Below, piece by piece: positions 38,956 to 50,147 of a stretch of DNA of 64,000 bases (its first letter is position 1; every line of letters begins with the position of its first letter). A program made the position numbers and the translations under genes. A model generated the notes under the pieces. It made no database searches. It saw only the letters and a program-made list of their open reading frames with translations, and had not been told where the DNA came from. The DNA comes from Octopus vulgaris (taxonomy: Eukaryota): contig OX597820.1 of assembly GCA_951406725.2 (NCBI GenBank), positions 13,392,001 through 13,456,000 on the forward strand. The letters run 5' to 3'.

Positions 38956-39113
38956 GGTATACTTGTAGGATCATGACTATCATTTAATATTAATGGTGTA
39001 GATGTGGCCTCTTCTGTTATTATGACATTACACGCATTAATATTCTATAGGAATATCAATAGATAGGCATATCTATCTATCTACCTACCTACTAATCTAT
39101 ATATTTATCTATG

Positions 39114-39965
39114 TTTCTTTATTACCCACAAGGGGCTAAACATAGAGGGGACAAACAGGGACAGACAAACGGATTAAGTCGATTACATCGACCCCAGTGC
39201 GTAACTGGTACTTAAGTTAACGACCCCGAAAGGATGAAAGGCAAAGTCGACCTCGGCGGAATTTGAACTCAGAACGTAACGTCAGACGAAATAACTAATC
39301 TATATTTTTATCTATTGATATATATGTATATATATATATATTTCTTTACTGCCCACAAGAGGCTAAACATAGAGGGGACAAACAAGGACAGACAAAGGGA
39401 TTAAGATGATTACATCGACTTCAGTGCGAAACTGGTACTTTATTTATCGACCCCGAAAGGATGAAAGGCAAAGTCGACCTCGGCGGAATTTGAACCCAGA
39501 ACGTAACGGCAGACGAAATAACTAATCTATATATTTATCTATTGATATATATGTATATATATATATATATTTCTTTACTGCCCACAAGAGGCTAAACATA
39601 GAGGGGACAAACAAGGACAGACAAAGGGAATAATCGATTACATCGACCCAGTACTTAACTGGTACTTAATTTATCGACCCCGAAAGGATGAAAGGCAAAG
39701 TCGACCTCGGCGGAATTTGAACTCAGAACGTAACGGCAGACGAAATAACTAATCTATATATTTATCTATTGATATATATATATTATTTATTTTTTACCCA
39801 CAAGAGGCTAAACATAGAGGGGACAAACAAGGACAGACAAAGGGATTAAGATGATTACATCGACTTCAGTGCGAAACTGGTACTTTATTTATCGACCCCG
39901 AAAGGATGAAAGACAAAGTCGACCTCGGTGGAATTTGAACTCAGAACGTAACGGCAGACGAAATA
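39114..39965 (-). mobile_element. Four head-less SINE-B2 units separated by copies of flanking genomic sequence
   Basis: Units at ~39114-39293, 39341-39520, 39570-39747 and 39790-39965, each followed on the plus strand by actaatctata. Confidence 0.9.
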
Positions 39966-39978
39966 ACTAATCTATATT

Positions 39979-40594
39979 ATTTCTTTATTACCCACTAGGG
40001 GCGACACAGAGGTGGACACCAAAAGACATGGGGACATAGAACATTTATAATTAAAATTTATGAAAAATGAATTGTTAAGTGAAAGAAAATGATATTATGA
40101 AAGCGATACCAACGGCCCCATACTCATCCATATTTTCCACGAATTCATCGCTCATTCTTATATCTTTCACCTCCCACTTCTCCCTTTCACACCTCACCAC
40201 AAACTCATCTATGTTCTTCTTTTCAATCACAGCATACCTAGTCTCACCAACTTCATACCTTGTTGGGGGGGGAGCGGGTGGGTTCAATGTCTGCATGGAT
40301 AGGGTGGGACTCAGAGGGTGTGGGTGGTTTTGGGGTAGATTGGTGTTCCATGTTATTTTCTTTTTTTTCTCGCATTCTTCTCTTCCTCTTATTTCCAACT
40401 TCCTTCCATTTCTGTGTATTCTCTTCCTCTTCTACTGTCTCCTTCTCCTCTGGTTTCTGCTTCTCTCTCTCTGGTTCGGAATCCATTTCTTTCCACAGCC
40501 GCCACAATCCACTCTGCCTCCACGTTTGGTGGCACTCCCTCCACCCTTATTCGTGTAATCCTTCTGTTTAAATACGTAGGTAACAGTGTTACAT
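39979..40594 (-). mobile_element. 5'-truncated 3' end of a retroelement with the shared Tx1-type tail, probably ORF1-only class
   Basis: Lys/Glu-rich ORF remnant (40075-40507), short UTR, tail gtccacctctgtgtcgcccctagtgggtaataaagaa. No ORF2 motifs. Confidence 0.65.
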
Positions 40595-40669
40595 AATAAC
40601 TGATCTATATATTTATCTATTGATATATATATGTATATATATACAGGCATAAATACAGAAACTTCGTGT

Positions 40670-40737
40670 GCAGCAGCAGCAGTAGTAGTAGTAGCAGCAG
40701 CAGCAGCAGCAGCAGTAGCAGCAGTAGTAGTAGTAGT

Positions 40738-40769
<32 letters not shown>

Positions 40770-40850
40770 CAGCAGCAGCAGCATTGGTTGTAGTAGTAGC
40801 AGCATTGGTAGTAGTAGTAATAGTAATAGTAGTAGTAGCAGCAGCAGTAG
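40670..40850. repeat. (CAG)n/(TAG)n compound microsatellite
   Basis: Direct inspection. Confidence 0.95.
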
Positions 40851-42579
40851 GAAGAGGACGACGACGACAACGAGGAGGACAAGGATGAGGGGAAGTAAAG
40901 CAAACTATTTCCCAGAATACAGAAACAAAATTAATTCAATGAGTAGAACCCGTGTACCGTGAGAGGATCACAAAAACCAAATATAACAATGCAGTAACCG
41001 TCTGTTTGCTGTCACTATAGAATGGGCAAACCTCACGTCCCACATACACATAAAAACTCTACTCATTATGCATTTCTCCTTACCAGAAAACTGTACCACT
41101 TTGCATTATTATTTATCATAAAGCAACCCTTAATAACTTACTGCAAGAAAAAGGAAGCAAATATCTTCTTATCGACAACAAACCACAATTGTGTAAGACG
41201 TGGAAAAAATTTACAAATGCGCAGTTGTCAACTTCATGAGACGAATACACGCATAGGGTACACAAGCTAACACACAACCTCACAGGTTTATCATGCACTT
41301 ACAATAAGAAGCATGAAAGAATACGGTGTTATCGCTTTATTCCCTCCTCTCTTCTCATTTAATACACCCATGAAAACAGAGTAACTGTTATGATATCAAT
41401 TGAAATAGCCAAACATAATCCTAAACATAAAATACAACAGAATATGATAACAAGCTAATGCCTGACTTCAATAGTCGAAAATTTTAATATCCGGTATCAA
41501 TGAAAATCAAGAGAGCCAACACAACAATTCTGCGCTTCTGTTGCTTTTGAAGAAAAAAATAATCAATGCTAATCTGGCTTTCTAGCAAGCTTCATCCATA
41601 TGATATTGCTGACTCTCAAAAGTTATTAGGAACCTTATGAAATAAATATGCCAAGTAATAGAAGCTCATTAAAAAGAAAAAGTAACCAATATGGGAAAGG
41701 TATGCAAAAAACGTTTATTACAATCACATCAGTTGTCTTTAACATATATAATATATATATACAGTCACACATATGTATTTATGTATGTATGTATTGTTAG
41801 GAACTTAAAAACGATAAAAACTTTTTATCGGATAATGTTAAGTTAAACATTTAAACGGACAGTTTTTGGTGCTTCACTGTAAGGTCAGCATATGAATTCC
41901 ATTGACAAAATGGGGGAAGCTAGGTGTTATTAACAAAAACTGTGAAACTATAAAAAATTGGCGAGACCTTGGCAAACCTTGATAAGCAGAGATAATTGTA
42001 CCCACCACCACCACCACCACCAGTTTTTGGTGACAGTTTTTTTTTCTTTCTGTGAAACAAAGTTGTTCAATTGGATTCTGGAAGTTATGGTTGCCTGTTC
42101 GTTTTATGCCCTTTGTGTTAGGCATTTATGGATTTATTTTATGCTCCAGGAATTCGCCAGAACTTTTGCCGGATTTAAAATAATTTGTGTGTCACATCTG
42201 GGTGAGTACAAAAATTTATTGAGTTATGTTGTTATAATATTTATGTGAATTTGTAACCCTGCATTTTGTGACAGGTTGAGTAGTAATTTTGCTAGCTATT
42301 TTCTGTTAGGATAAATGTTAAAATTTGTATGAATAGCTAAAGGGTGTATGAATTTAATTTTTTTATGCAGCCAAATTTTTATATTCGACAGCTGTAAATT
42401 TTGTCTAATTGTTACTCAGCAGGCTTGTATGAAGCAGTTTTGTGTGAATTTAAAGAAAACGAGTTTTTTTTTATTTAATTTTTTTTTATTATGATTATTG
42501 ATGTAGTCTGGCAGCCGTTTTGTGTCATGAACTTTTACTTTAAATGGTTGCTTTGACATTAGATTTATTTATGTTTAGG

Positions 42580-42800
42580 TCCAAGGTTCGAATTGCAAGG
42601 TTGAACACCGAATTTGTGAAGACAAATTTTATGACATTCGAAGGTTCGAATTCCAAGGTTGGACACCGAATTTGTGAAGACAGATTTTTATGACATTCCA
42701 AAGTTGAAAACCGAATTTGTGAAGACAAATTTTATGACATTCCAAGATTCGAATTTCAAGGTTCGAAAACCGAATTTGTACTAAAATGGAAATCCACATT
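42580..42800. repeat. Minisatellite of ~3.5 copies of a 47-59-bp unit
   Basis: Repeated accgaatttgtgaagaca(a/g)attttatgacattc and aaggttcgaatt. Confidence 0.85.
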
Positions 42801-43174
42801 TTTGGAATCCATCCTTTTGAAAAACTAAATTTGTGAGGCCAATTTTGGTGAAACCAAAAATTGTGAATGCAGAGTTATAGATTCAAGTTTGTGAAAGCCG
42901 GGATTCTGAGTTCGAATTTCTGAACTGTATATATGTTACATTTGTAAATATTTTAACCGCACGTCTGGTGTGGCATTGGTTTTTTTTATCATTTATATAT
43001 GTTTTGTATGTAGGCTGTTTTTTTTTTCATGCTGACAATTGTTAATATTTTACAAAAAGTTTGTGTTTTGGGGTTCACCCTATCCTCGTTGATTCTGTAA
43101 ATTCGAGTTGTGGCCACCAGGTCGTAACAGTATGTCACAGAAAGCACTTTGTTTCTCCAACTTCCAGTAGCTTC

Positions 43175-43352
43175 AGAAATGTAACCACGCGTGGATTATT
43201 AGCGATTTTTCTTTCCTTCTTCCCTCTGGTTTTCCTGTTTCCGAAGAAGAGCTATGTTCGAAACATAAAACATTATTTTCCTTCTCTGAGGATCATTAAT
43301 ATATCGCTTGTCTACGTCCTCTCCCGCCCCACTTTTTTGTTCTTTCAATTAA
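43175..43352 (+). mobile_element. Decayed copy of the hammerhead-bearing Penelope-like short element
   Basis: GTTT-CCGAAGA-A-GAGC-tat-GTTC-GAAA-CATA-AAAC, with flanks homologous to 13326-13541. Confidence 0.55.
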
Positions 43353-43362
43353 CTATGTACAA

Positions 43363-43723
43363 AGGCGTGACTGTGTAGTAATCAATTTGCGTCCCAGCAA
43401 CATGGTTCTGGGTTCAGTCTCATTGCATGGGTCCTTGACAAGTATCTTCTACCACAACCTCAGAGCGAACAATGCCTTGTGAGTGGATTCGGTGAACGGA
43501 AACACGTGTTGTATGTGTCTCTCACCACTGCTTCACATCTGGTATAGTTTCTTTATGTCCCCGTAACTTAGCAGGAATACTTTTATGTGAAAAGTTAGGA
43601 AAGCACTAGTTTAAGAAAATGTTGACAGTAGGCGCAGGAATAGCTATGTGGTAAATAGCTTGCTTACCAACCAGATGGTTCCGGGTTCAGTCCTACTGCG
43701 TGGCACTTTGGGCAAGTATCTTC
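43363..43723 (+). mobile_element. Two SINE-A pieces; the second (43630-43723) is cut off by the B2/LINE chain
   Basis: Head ggcgcaggaatagctatgtggtaaatagcttgcttacc ends at ggcaagtatcttc. Confidence 0.75.
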
Positions 43724-43724
43724 C

Positions 43725-43893
43725 TATTTCTTTACTACTCACAAGGGGCTAAACACAGAAAGGACAGACGGATTAAGTAGATTATATCGACTCCATTGCG
43801 TAACTGGTACTTATTTAATCGACCCCGAAAGGATGAAAGGCAAAGTCGACCTCGGCGGAATTGGTACTCAGAACGTAACGGCAGACGAAATAC
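43725..43893 (-). mobile_element. Head-less SINE-B2 unit fused directly behind a LINE 3' end
   Basis: Minus strand reads LINE ...gggcaataaagaaattc|gtatttcgtctgccgttacg...gtagtaaagaaata. Confidence 0.85.
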
Positions 43894-46425
43894 GAATTTC
43901 TTTATTGCCCACCGAGGGCCAAACATAGAAATGGACAGAATAACTGACGGGATCAGTGAAGCGATATGATTTTACATATAATGTGACTTCAAAAGTTTAG
44001 ATACAATATATAAAAATCGAATGGAATTAACAATACAAAAACAATACAAATGAAGCGATGATCAGGCCATGCTCCGACCCCACAAGCCCTGATCTACCGC
44101 TGGTACCTTTTTTTTTTTTTTTTTTTTCATCTGTTCACACGGTTCCTTGCACGCACAACACTCGTTCAACATGCTTCCATCACATTTGGAACGTACACTC
44201 CGACAGACACCTCTTCTCCAGCCACAGCTTCCTTTTCAATTGAAAGGAAAAAAATGATCGTAAGCTGTGACCAGAGATAAAGTTGCCTGTCTTAATTCCT
44301 TTTATCCTAGTCTTCCAATACAGCCTCTTTTGCTATTGCTACAACCGTGAGAAAACAATTCTTACCTTCGTTCGTTAAAACACCCGATGGGTCAATTTTT
44401 ATAATTGACTCAGTCGAGAGCTGTACTCTTCCTTCGCCGGACAACAGGTGTTCAGCATAAGCCCACATTTCAGTTATCTCCGGACACTGAACAATAGCGT
44501 GAGGGACGGTTTCCCTGTCCCCCACACCCCGCATCTTGGACAGGTCGGAGACTGACGTTTACCATGTCTTGCGAGCTTATCTCAAACGGGCAAGGCACCT
44601 CTGTAGCATTGCCAGGTTAAGCACTTTTGGAAGTTGTCCAACGTTCTCAACCCGAATGTACGGTGAAACAGGCTGTCCAGTTGAATAAATGAGACCTAGA
44701 GTCGACCCCAGGCCATCGTTGCATTCAGACTCTACCAATCCACTATATAAAATCTGTGTAGCACCCCCACCGCTGGCGTTGCCCAAGCGCCGGAATAGCA
44801 AGAGGGCCCTACGGCACTTTTTATGCCATTCACTCGACCTCGGTCTACGAGAACACCAAGCTTCCTGTTCGCAAAAACTCTTGAACTCAGGGAACATTTG
44901 TCTGGCCAGCGGAGACCACACCCGTTCACTATCCAGGAGAATCCAGAGGTGCCTCAACGTCAACGCATGTCTGCGCATCATTAACCAAGGCATCCCTAAA
45001 CCTTCAAGGCTTTTGACAGCAGACCGAGCGTTTCACAAGTGGCGACCTGCCCTTCCACAAAACGCGAAAGTGCTGTCTCTCCAACCTGATCATCCGCGTA
45101 AGCCGTAACAAACTCCTGTAGACCTGGTTCTCTCGGGATGCCACTCAACCTTCGCTGTAAAGGCTCGAGAGCCATAATGTACAAAAGTGGTGAGAGCGGA
45201 CATCCTTGACGAACCGAGCATCTGATGCAGAATGGCTTCGAAAGCAAACCGTTCACCCGAACTATCGAGTCAATGTTGTGGTACAAAGCGATAAACACCT
45301 GAGGAAGCCAAGGCCCAGGCCAAACCGCGCAAGCACAGTCGTCAGGTATCGATGGTCAATCCTATCAAAGGCTTCAGACTGTTCCAAATGTACCAATGCC
45401 CCACTTTTGCCAGATTTATTACCAACCCTCTCTATGGTATAGTGAATAAGATGGAGGGTATCTTGAATGGTTCTGCCTGGGCTGGCACATGTCTGTGCCT
45501 CCCTGACTATACTATTCGCGACACGCCCCAACCTTTTTGCTAAGACCTTGGCCAAAATCTTCACTTCTGCGTGATGGGCCTGAAATTCTCTATAACGTCC
45601 CCCTTGTCCGGGTCCTTTCTGACCAACGTCACTACTCCCCGGCGCACAGATATGGGGATAAACCCATTCTGTTGCCAGTTCGCGTACACGTCAGCCAGTA
45701 GTTGTCCGAACAAATCTGGCATTTATTTATTCAGCTCGTACGGAAGACCATCAAGTCCCGGCGACTTACCCACTTTACAGTCGGCCAAAGCCTCCATCAC
45801 TTCCCCAGGCGTGATTGGATCTTCGCAAGACTCCGCATTCGACCCCGAGAGGCACGGCAGCCCGGCAAGAAAGTCTTCGAGGGCTCTCCCACCAACAGGA
45901 CAGCCGTCACCCCCGAACAGCTGGGCGAAGTACTCTCGAAAGGCCTCACATATTTTCTAGGGTTCGTTTACCAAGACACCATTTTGATTCGTCAAAGACC
46001 GAATAGAGGAACTATTTCCTTGCCGAGCTTCCACCACTCGGGCCCATCCAGCGGCCTTGATTCCTTCACTTCCCATTGCACGTAACTTAGCTCTGGCAAT
46101 ACTCCCCATGTATTGGGCTTCGAGATGCTGGTTTAACTCCAGTCCTTTCACCCTCGCTTGGTCCGTATTACCAGTCCTCCAGGCTTCTTCTAGTTCCCTA
46201 ACTAGACCATCTCATATTCTACGTCCCGTCTTAGCTAAACTTATGCTAAACCTAATAGGCTCATATTTGATGGCTCTTTTTAGGGCGTACCACCATTTGT
46301 TATTAATGATGGTACCTGTTAATGCCCGCTGTATTAACATCTTGATCTGCTTTCAGTACTCCTCAATCGCCAAAAGGGACGTGTTGTTTCCAGTAGCCAG
46401 ATCCCTGACTATGCAACTTATCTAC
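43894..46425 (-). mobile_element. 5'-truncated L1/Tx1-clade LINE, degenerate ORF2 (post-endonuclease region, RT, zinc finger)
   Basis: GYWK(x)NTSLL-like motif near 46390, KILAKVLAKRL, EAFDRIDH, RQGCPLSPLLY, YADD, ETVPHAIVQC. Many frameshifts and a deletion after YADD. Confidence 0.9.
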
Positions 46426-46502
46426 CAGTATACGAAGTTTTAAAGTGTTTAGTTAACTAGAAATTGTGTTGAAAACTGCCGTTCAAAAGGAAAAGATCCT
46501 CT

Positions 46503-47981
46503 AATTCTTTATTATCCATTAAGGACTATACATAGATGGGGACGGTACAATCAGGGAACATAAAATAACAAAAGAGGATGAATAAAGACGAAGAAATTAA
46601 AAAAAGAATGAATTATAAGATATTAAAATGAGTCGCAATGCCCACTCGATCCCCGAAATGGAGTGGTTACATTTTGTCAGTTTTTCCCTTAATTGATTTT
46701 ATCAAAGATTATCAATTTCACAATTACAACTGAAGTTCGCAAAAATTACAAAAAAATAAATTTCACAAACATAGTTTTTCGGTACTTTTTCATAAATTTC
46801 GTAGATAGTCTATTTTTCTTTTCAACTCCTCGTCCATTACGAGATGTGGGTGATCCATCAACCGACACCTCTTGTCTTCTATTATATTCTTTTTGGCGAC
46901 CTCGATGAAATTGGCGTAACTGTCCTCGTGGACTAAAGCACCAATATCATCTTCGTCATACTTGGTTCCCAACCTAATCCATGTTACTCCCTTCATTCTC
47001 CATACTTTTATCTTTATTTCATAGGAGCTCCTGAAAATTACAAATGCTCCATAAAATTTAAACATAAAATTTGAACCTGTGTTTTCCACTGAGTGTTCCC
47101 TTTTCTTCGATGTTTTCCTACTTTTGGGACTAGTTGCTCCTTTATTTTCCTCTTTTGGCTTTTCCCTTTCTTTGTTTTCTTTTTCTTTCAGTGTACTGCT
47201 TTTTCCTAACTTTTTTCCTTCTTTCTCTTGTCTCTGTTCTTTCTTTTGCTCTTTTTCTGTTTCTTTGCTTTGTGTAAATTCATATAATGGACACTCCCTC
47301 CTTATATGTCCTCTTGTTCCACACAGGTAACAATTGGGTCTCATTTCTTCAATGTTTATTGTCGGTTCGTTTTCCACTTCAATCTGGTAGGGGATTCTCT
47401 CTATGCCTTCTGTTGTGGCCATAAGCCACATCTCGACACCGAATCCCCTCCAGTTCACTGTATTAGTTTCGGTAACTGAACCCAGTTCGGATTCGTCTTT
47501 TGTAGACCCTAGAATCGCTGTCACCAGCCATTCTGTTTTTATTTCCGGCGGTATGCTCGGAATCTTAATCTTTATACCTCTTCTTCCCTTATAAGCGGGT
47601 AACATTGTAAACCTTTCTGTTCTTAAGATAGCGGTGGATAGCGAGGCCGCCTCTTCACTTGTGGCAAACCTCACCTCCACCATACCGAACTTTTCCCTCT
47701 GCTGACGTATTTTGCTCTTTCCATTACGTCTCGGAGACACTTTTCTATTTCTTCTCCTGGTATCCATACTATTTTCTTTGAGTTCATATCTTGTCTTGTA
47801 TACAATTGTTTTACTGCACTTCTCTTCTGTTGTTTCTGCTGGAGGGATCAGCTTGATGCTTTCACCCTCCCTTTTTACATACTGTTCACATCTCTGTATT
47901 TCATCTATCTCAATTGTTACATTTCTTTTTACTAGTGGCGCGCCACTTTTTGCGGCAACCCTCGCATAGGGCTCCATGCAG
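46503..47981 (-). mobile_element. ORF1-only retroelement with the shared Tx1-type tail
   Basis: ORF1 stop at 46790, ~290-bp UTR, then tail gtccccatctatgtatagtccttaatggataataaagaa. No ORF2 between the stop and the tail. Confidence 0.8.
46790..47977 (-). CDS. Tx1-type ORF1 protein (~395 aa; RRM-like region, CCHC zinc knuckle, Lys/Glu-rich region)
   Basis: Open frame starting MEPYARVAA, with VEVRFATSEEA, IPPEIKTEWL, NWRGFG and RPNCYLCGTRGHIRREC. Confidence 0.7.
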   Translation of the reverse strand: MEPYARVAAKSGAPLVKRNVTIEIDEIQRCEQYVKREGESIKLIPPAETTEEKCSKTIVYKTRYELKENSMDTRRRNRKVSPRRNGKSKIRQQREKFGMVEVRFATSEEAASLSTAILRTERFTMLPAYKGRRGIKIKIPSIPPEIKTEWLVTAILGSTKDESELGSVTETNTVNWRGFGVEMWLMATTEGIERIPYQIEVENEPTINIEEMRPNCYLCGTRGHIRRECPLYEFTQSKETEKEQKKEQRQEKEGKKLGKSSTLKEKENKEREKPKEENKGATSPKSRKTSKKREHSVENTGSNFMFKFYGAFVIFRSSYEIKIKVWRMKGVTWIRLGTKYDEDDIGALVHEDSYANFIEVAKKNIIEDKRCRLMDHPHLVMDEELKRKIDYLRNL

Positions 47982-50144
47982 TATTTCTTTATTGCCCACA
48001 AGGGGCCAACATAGAGGGGGACAGCACAACATGATTTGGGGTCATTTTAAAAACAATGATGAACAACATTAAAATGCTAATGAAAATACGATAAAAATTT
48101 ACAAAAAATCGAATGTTACACTTTTTACACAACAAACACCAAAAGAGACATGAAGTGGGGGAAAAAACAGGATTGCCGACCCCGCGAGCCCTGTTTTTCC
48201 CACTGAAACTTGGCAGCTGACTTACGGCGTGTTCATGTAGTAACTTTCACCCTCAGCAATCGTGCGACACGCTTCCATCTTTTTTGGAACTAGCATACTG
48301 ACAGACACCTTTTCTCTAGCTCCGCCTTTCTTTTTAGGTGGAACCTAAAAAAGTTCACCAAGGCGGGGCCAGAGATCATGATGTCTGTCTTTATACCTTT
48401 CGTTCTGGTTTTCCATATACTCTCTTTCGCTACTGCCACTATGATGAGAAAGCAATGCTTACCTTCGTTTGTCAAAAAACTAGGCGAGTCAATTTTTAGA
48501 ATTGTCTCAGCCGATAGCTGTACTCTTCTTCCGTCTGACAGCAGGTGTTCTGCATAAACCCACACGTCTGAAATTTCCGGACACTGAACAATAGCGTGCA
48601 GGACTGTTTCCACATCCTGCCCGCATCTTGGACAGTCCGATGGTCCAACGTGACCATGTCTTGTAAGCTTATCCCGAACGGGTAAGGCTCCTCTGTAACA
48701 TTGCCAGGCCAAAGACTTCTGAAAGTTATCCAGCGTCCTCGGCCCGAATGTCCTTTGGAACAGGCTGTCTAACTGATTATTGTCGAGACCCAAGGTCCTT
48801 CCTAGGGCATCGTCATTTCCGGCCTCTACCAACCTACTATAAAAAGCTGCAGTGGTACCAAAGCCGCTAAAAACACATTGGCCACCTCCGCCCTCTCTTT
48901 CAAGGATAGCCACCGCCAAGACCAAGTCCTGACCGCGTGAGCCACCTTGCTCGTCACCTCAGACCAGTTCTTTTCTATCTGGAGATCTGGACCAAACCAG
49001 ATCCCTAGTAGTTTAACCGGGCCCTCCGTCCAGCATCCCACGATGCTATTCGAAGGCATCGACTTGCCCCTCCAGGCGCCGAGTTGCAAGCCGACTGACT
49101 TTTCCCGATTAATCTTTGCTCCTGTCCCCGTCTCGTAAGCCTTGATGGTATCTCCCACATTCTGTAGGAGTTCCACCTTGGTCACGATGATGATGTCGTC
49201 CGCATACGATGTCACAGATCCTCCACCTCCTGGATTCGTCGGGATGGCGCTCAGCTTTCGCAGTAATGGCTCGAGAGCCATCACATATAAAAGCGGGGAG
49301 AGCGGACACCCTTGACGAACCGACCGTTTGATGCGGAACTGCTTCGAGAGGAAGCCATTCACTCGAATGATCGAGTCGATGTTGTCGTACAACTGTATGA
49401 TCCACCTGAGAAAACCAATGCCCAGACCGAACTGTGCCAGCACAGAAACCAGGTACCGATGGTTCACCCTATCGAAAGCTTTACTCTGGTATAAATGGAC
49501 CAGTGCCCCACCTTTGCCAGAGTTATTCCCGCACCCTTCTACGGTGTAACATATAAGGTGAAGATTATCCTGAATAGTTCTTCCGGGGACTGCGCAAGTT
49601 TGTGCCTCCCCGATCAGACTATCTGCAACACGCGTCAACCTTTTCGCTAACACCTTGGCCAAAATCTTCACCTCTGCGTTCAGTAGGGTGATGGGCCTAA
49701 AGTTATCTATTCTGTCCCCCTTGTCCGGGTCCTTCCTGATCAGCGTCACCACTCCCCGGCGTACAGATCTTGATTCCAGTTCGCGAATACGCTGGCCAGT
49801 ACAGGCCCGAACAAGTCTGGCATACTTTTATATAGTTCGTAGGGTAAACCATCAATTCCCGGAGCCTTACCTCTGCCACAGTCGGTTATGGCGTCAGGTG
49901 TGATTGACCCTCCACAGCTCTCCGCATCCTGTCCCGAGAGGCGCGGCAGCCCGGCAAGGAGGTCCGTAAGGTCCACCCTCTCCTCCGGTCCACCATCAAC
50001 CCCGAAAAGCTGGGCGAAGTGCTCCTGAAAAGTCCAACACATCTCCTCGGGTTCGTTTACCAAATCGCCCTTTTCGTTCGTCACAGACTTAATTGTGGAA
50101 TCGTTTCCACGTTGAGCTTCTACAACTCGTGCCCATCCGGCAGT
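47982..50144 (-). mobile_element. 5'-truncated L1/Tx1-clade LINE, ORF2 RT plus zinc finger (related to but distinct from 43894-46425)
   Basis: KAPGIDGLPYELY, NFRPITLLNAEVKILAK, KAFDRVNH, RQGCPLSPLLY, YADD, KLLGIW, CPRCGQDVETVLHAIVQC. Tail gtccccctctatgttggccccttgtgggcaataaagaaata. Confidence 0.92.
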
Positions 50145-50147
50145 GAA

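Noticed and set aside
39091-40645. CRISPR-like repeat-spacer appearance
   Set aside because: The context is eukaryotic with no cas genes. The repeats are variable-length copies of flanking DNA and the spacers are homologous SINE units. Kept as a retro-insertion array instead.
46790-50144. A single intact LINE or a gag-pol LTR element
   Set aside because: The order on the minus strand is ORF2 then ORF1, separated by a complete 3' tail, so these are two elements. No LTRs, protease or integrase are visible, and the RT motifs are non-LTR (QGCPLSP, YADD).
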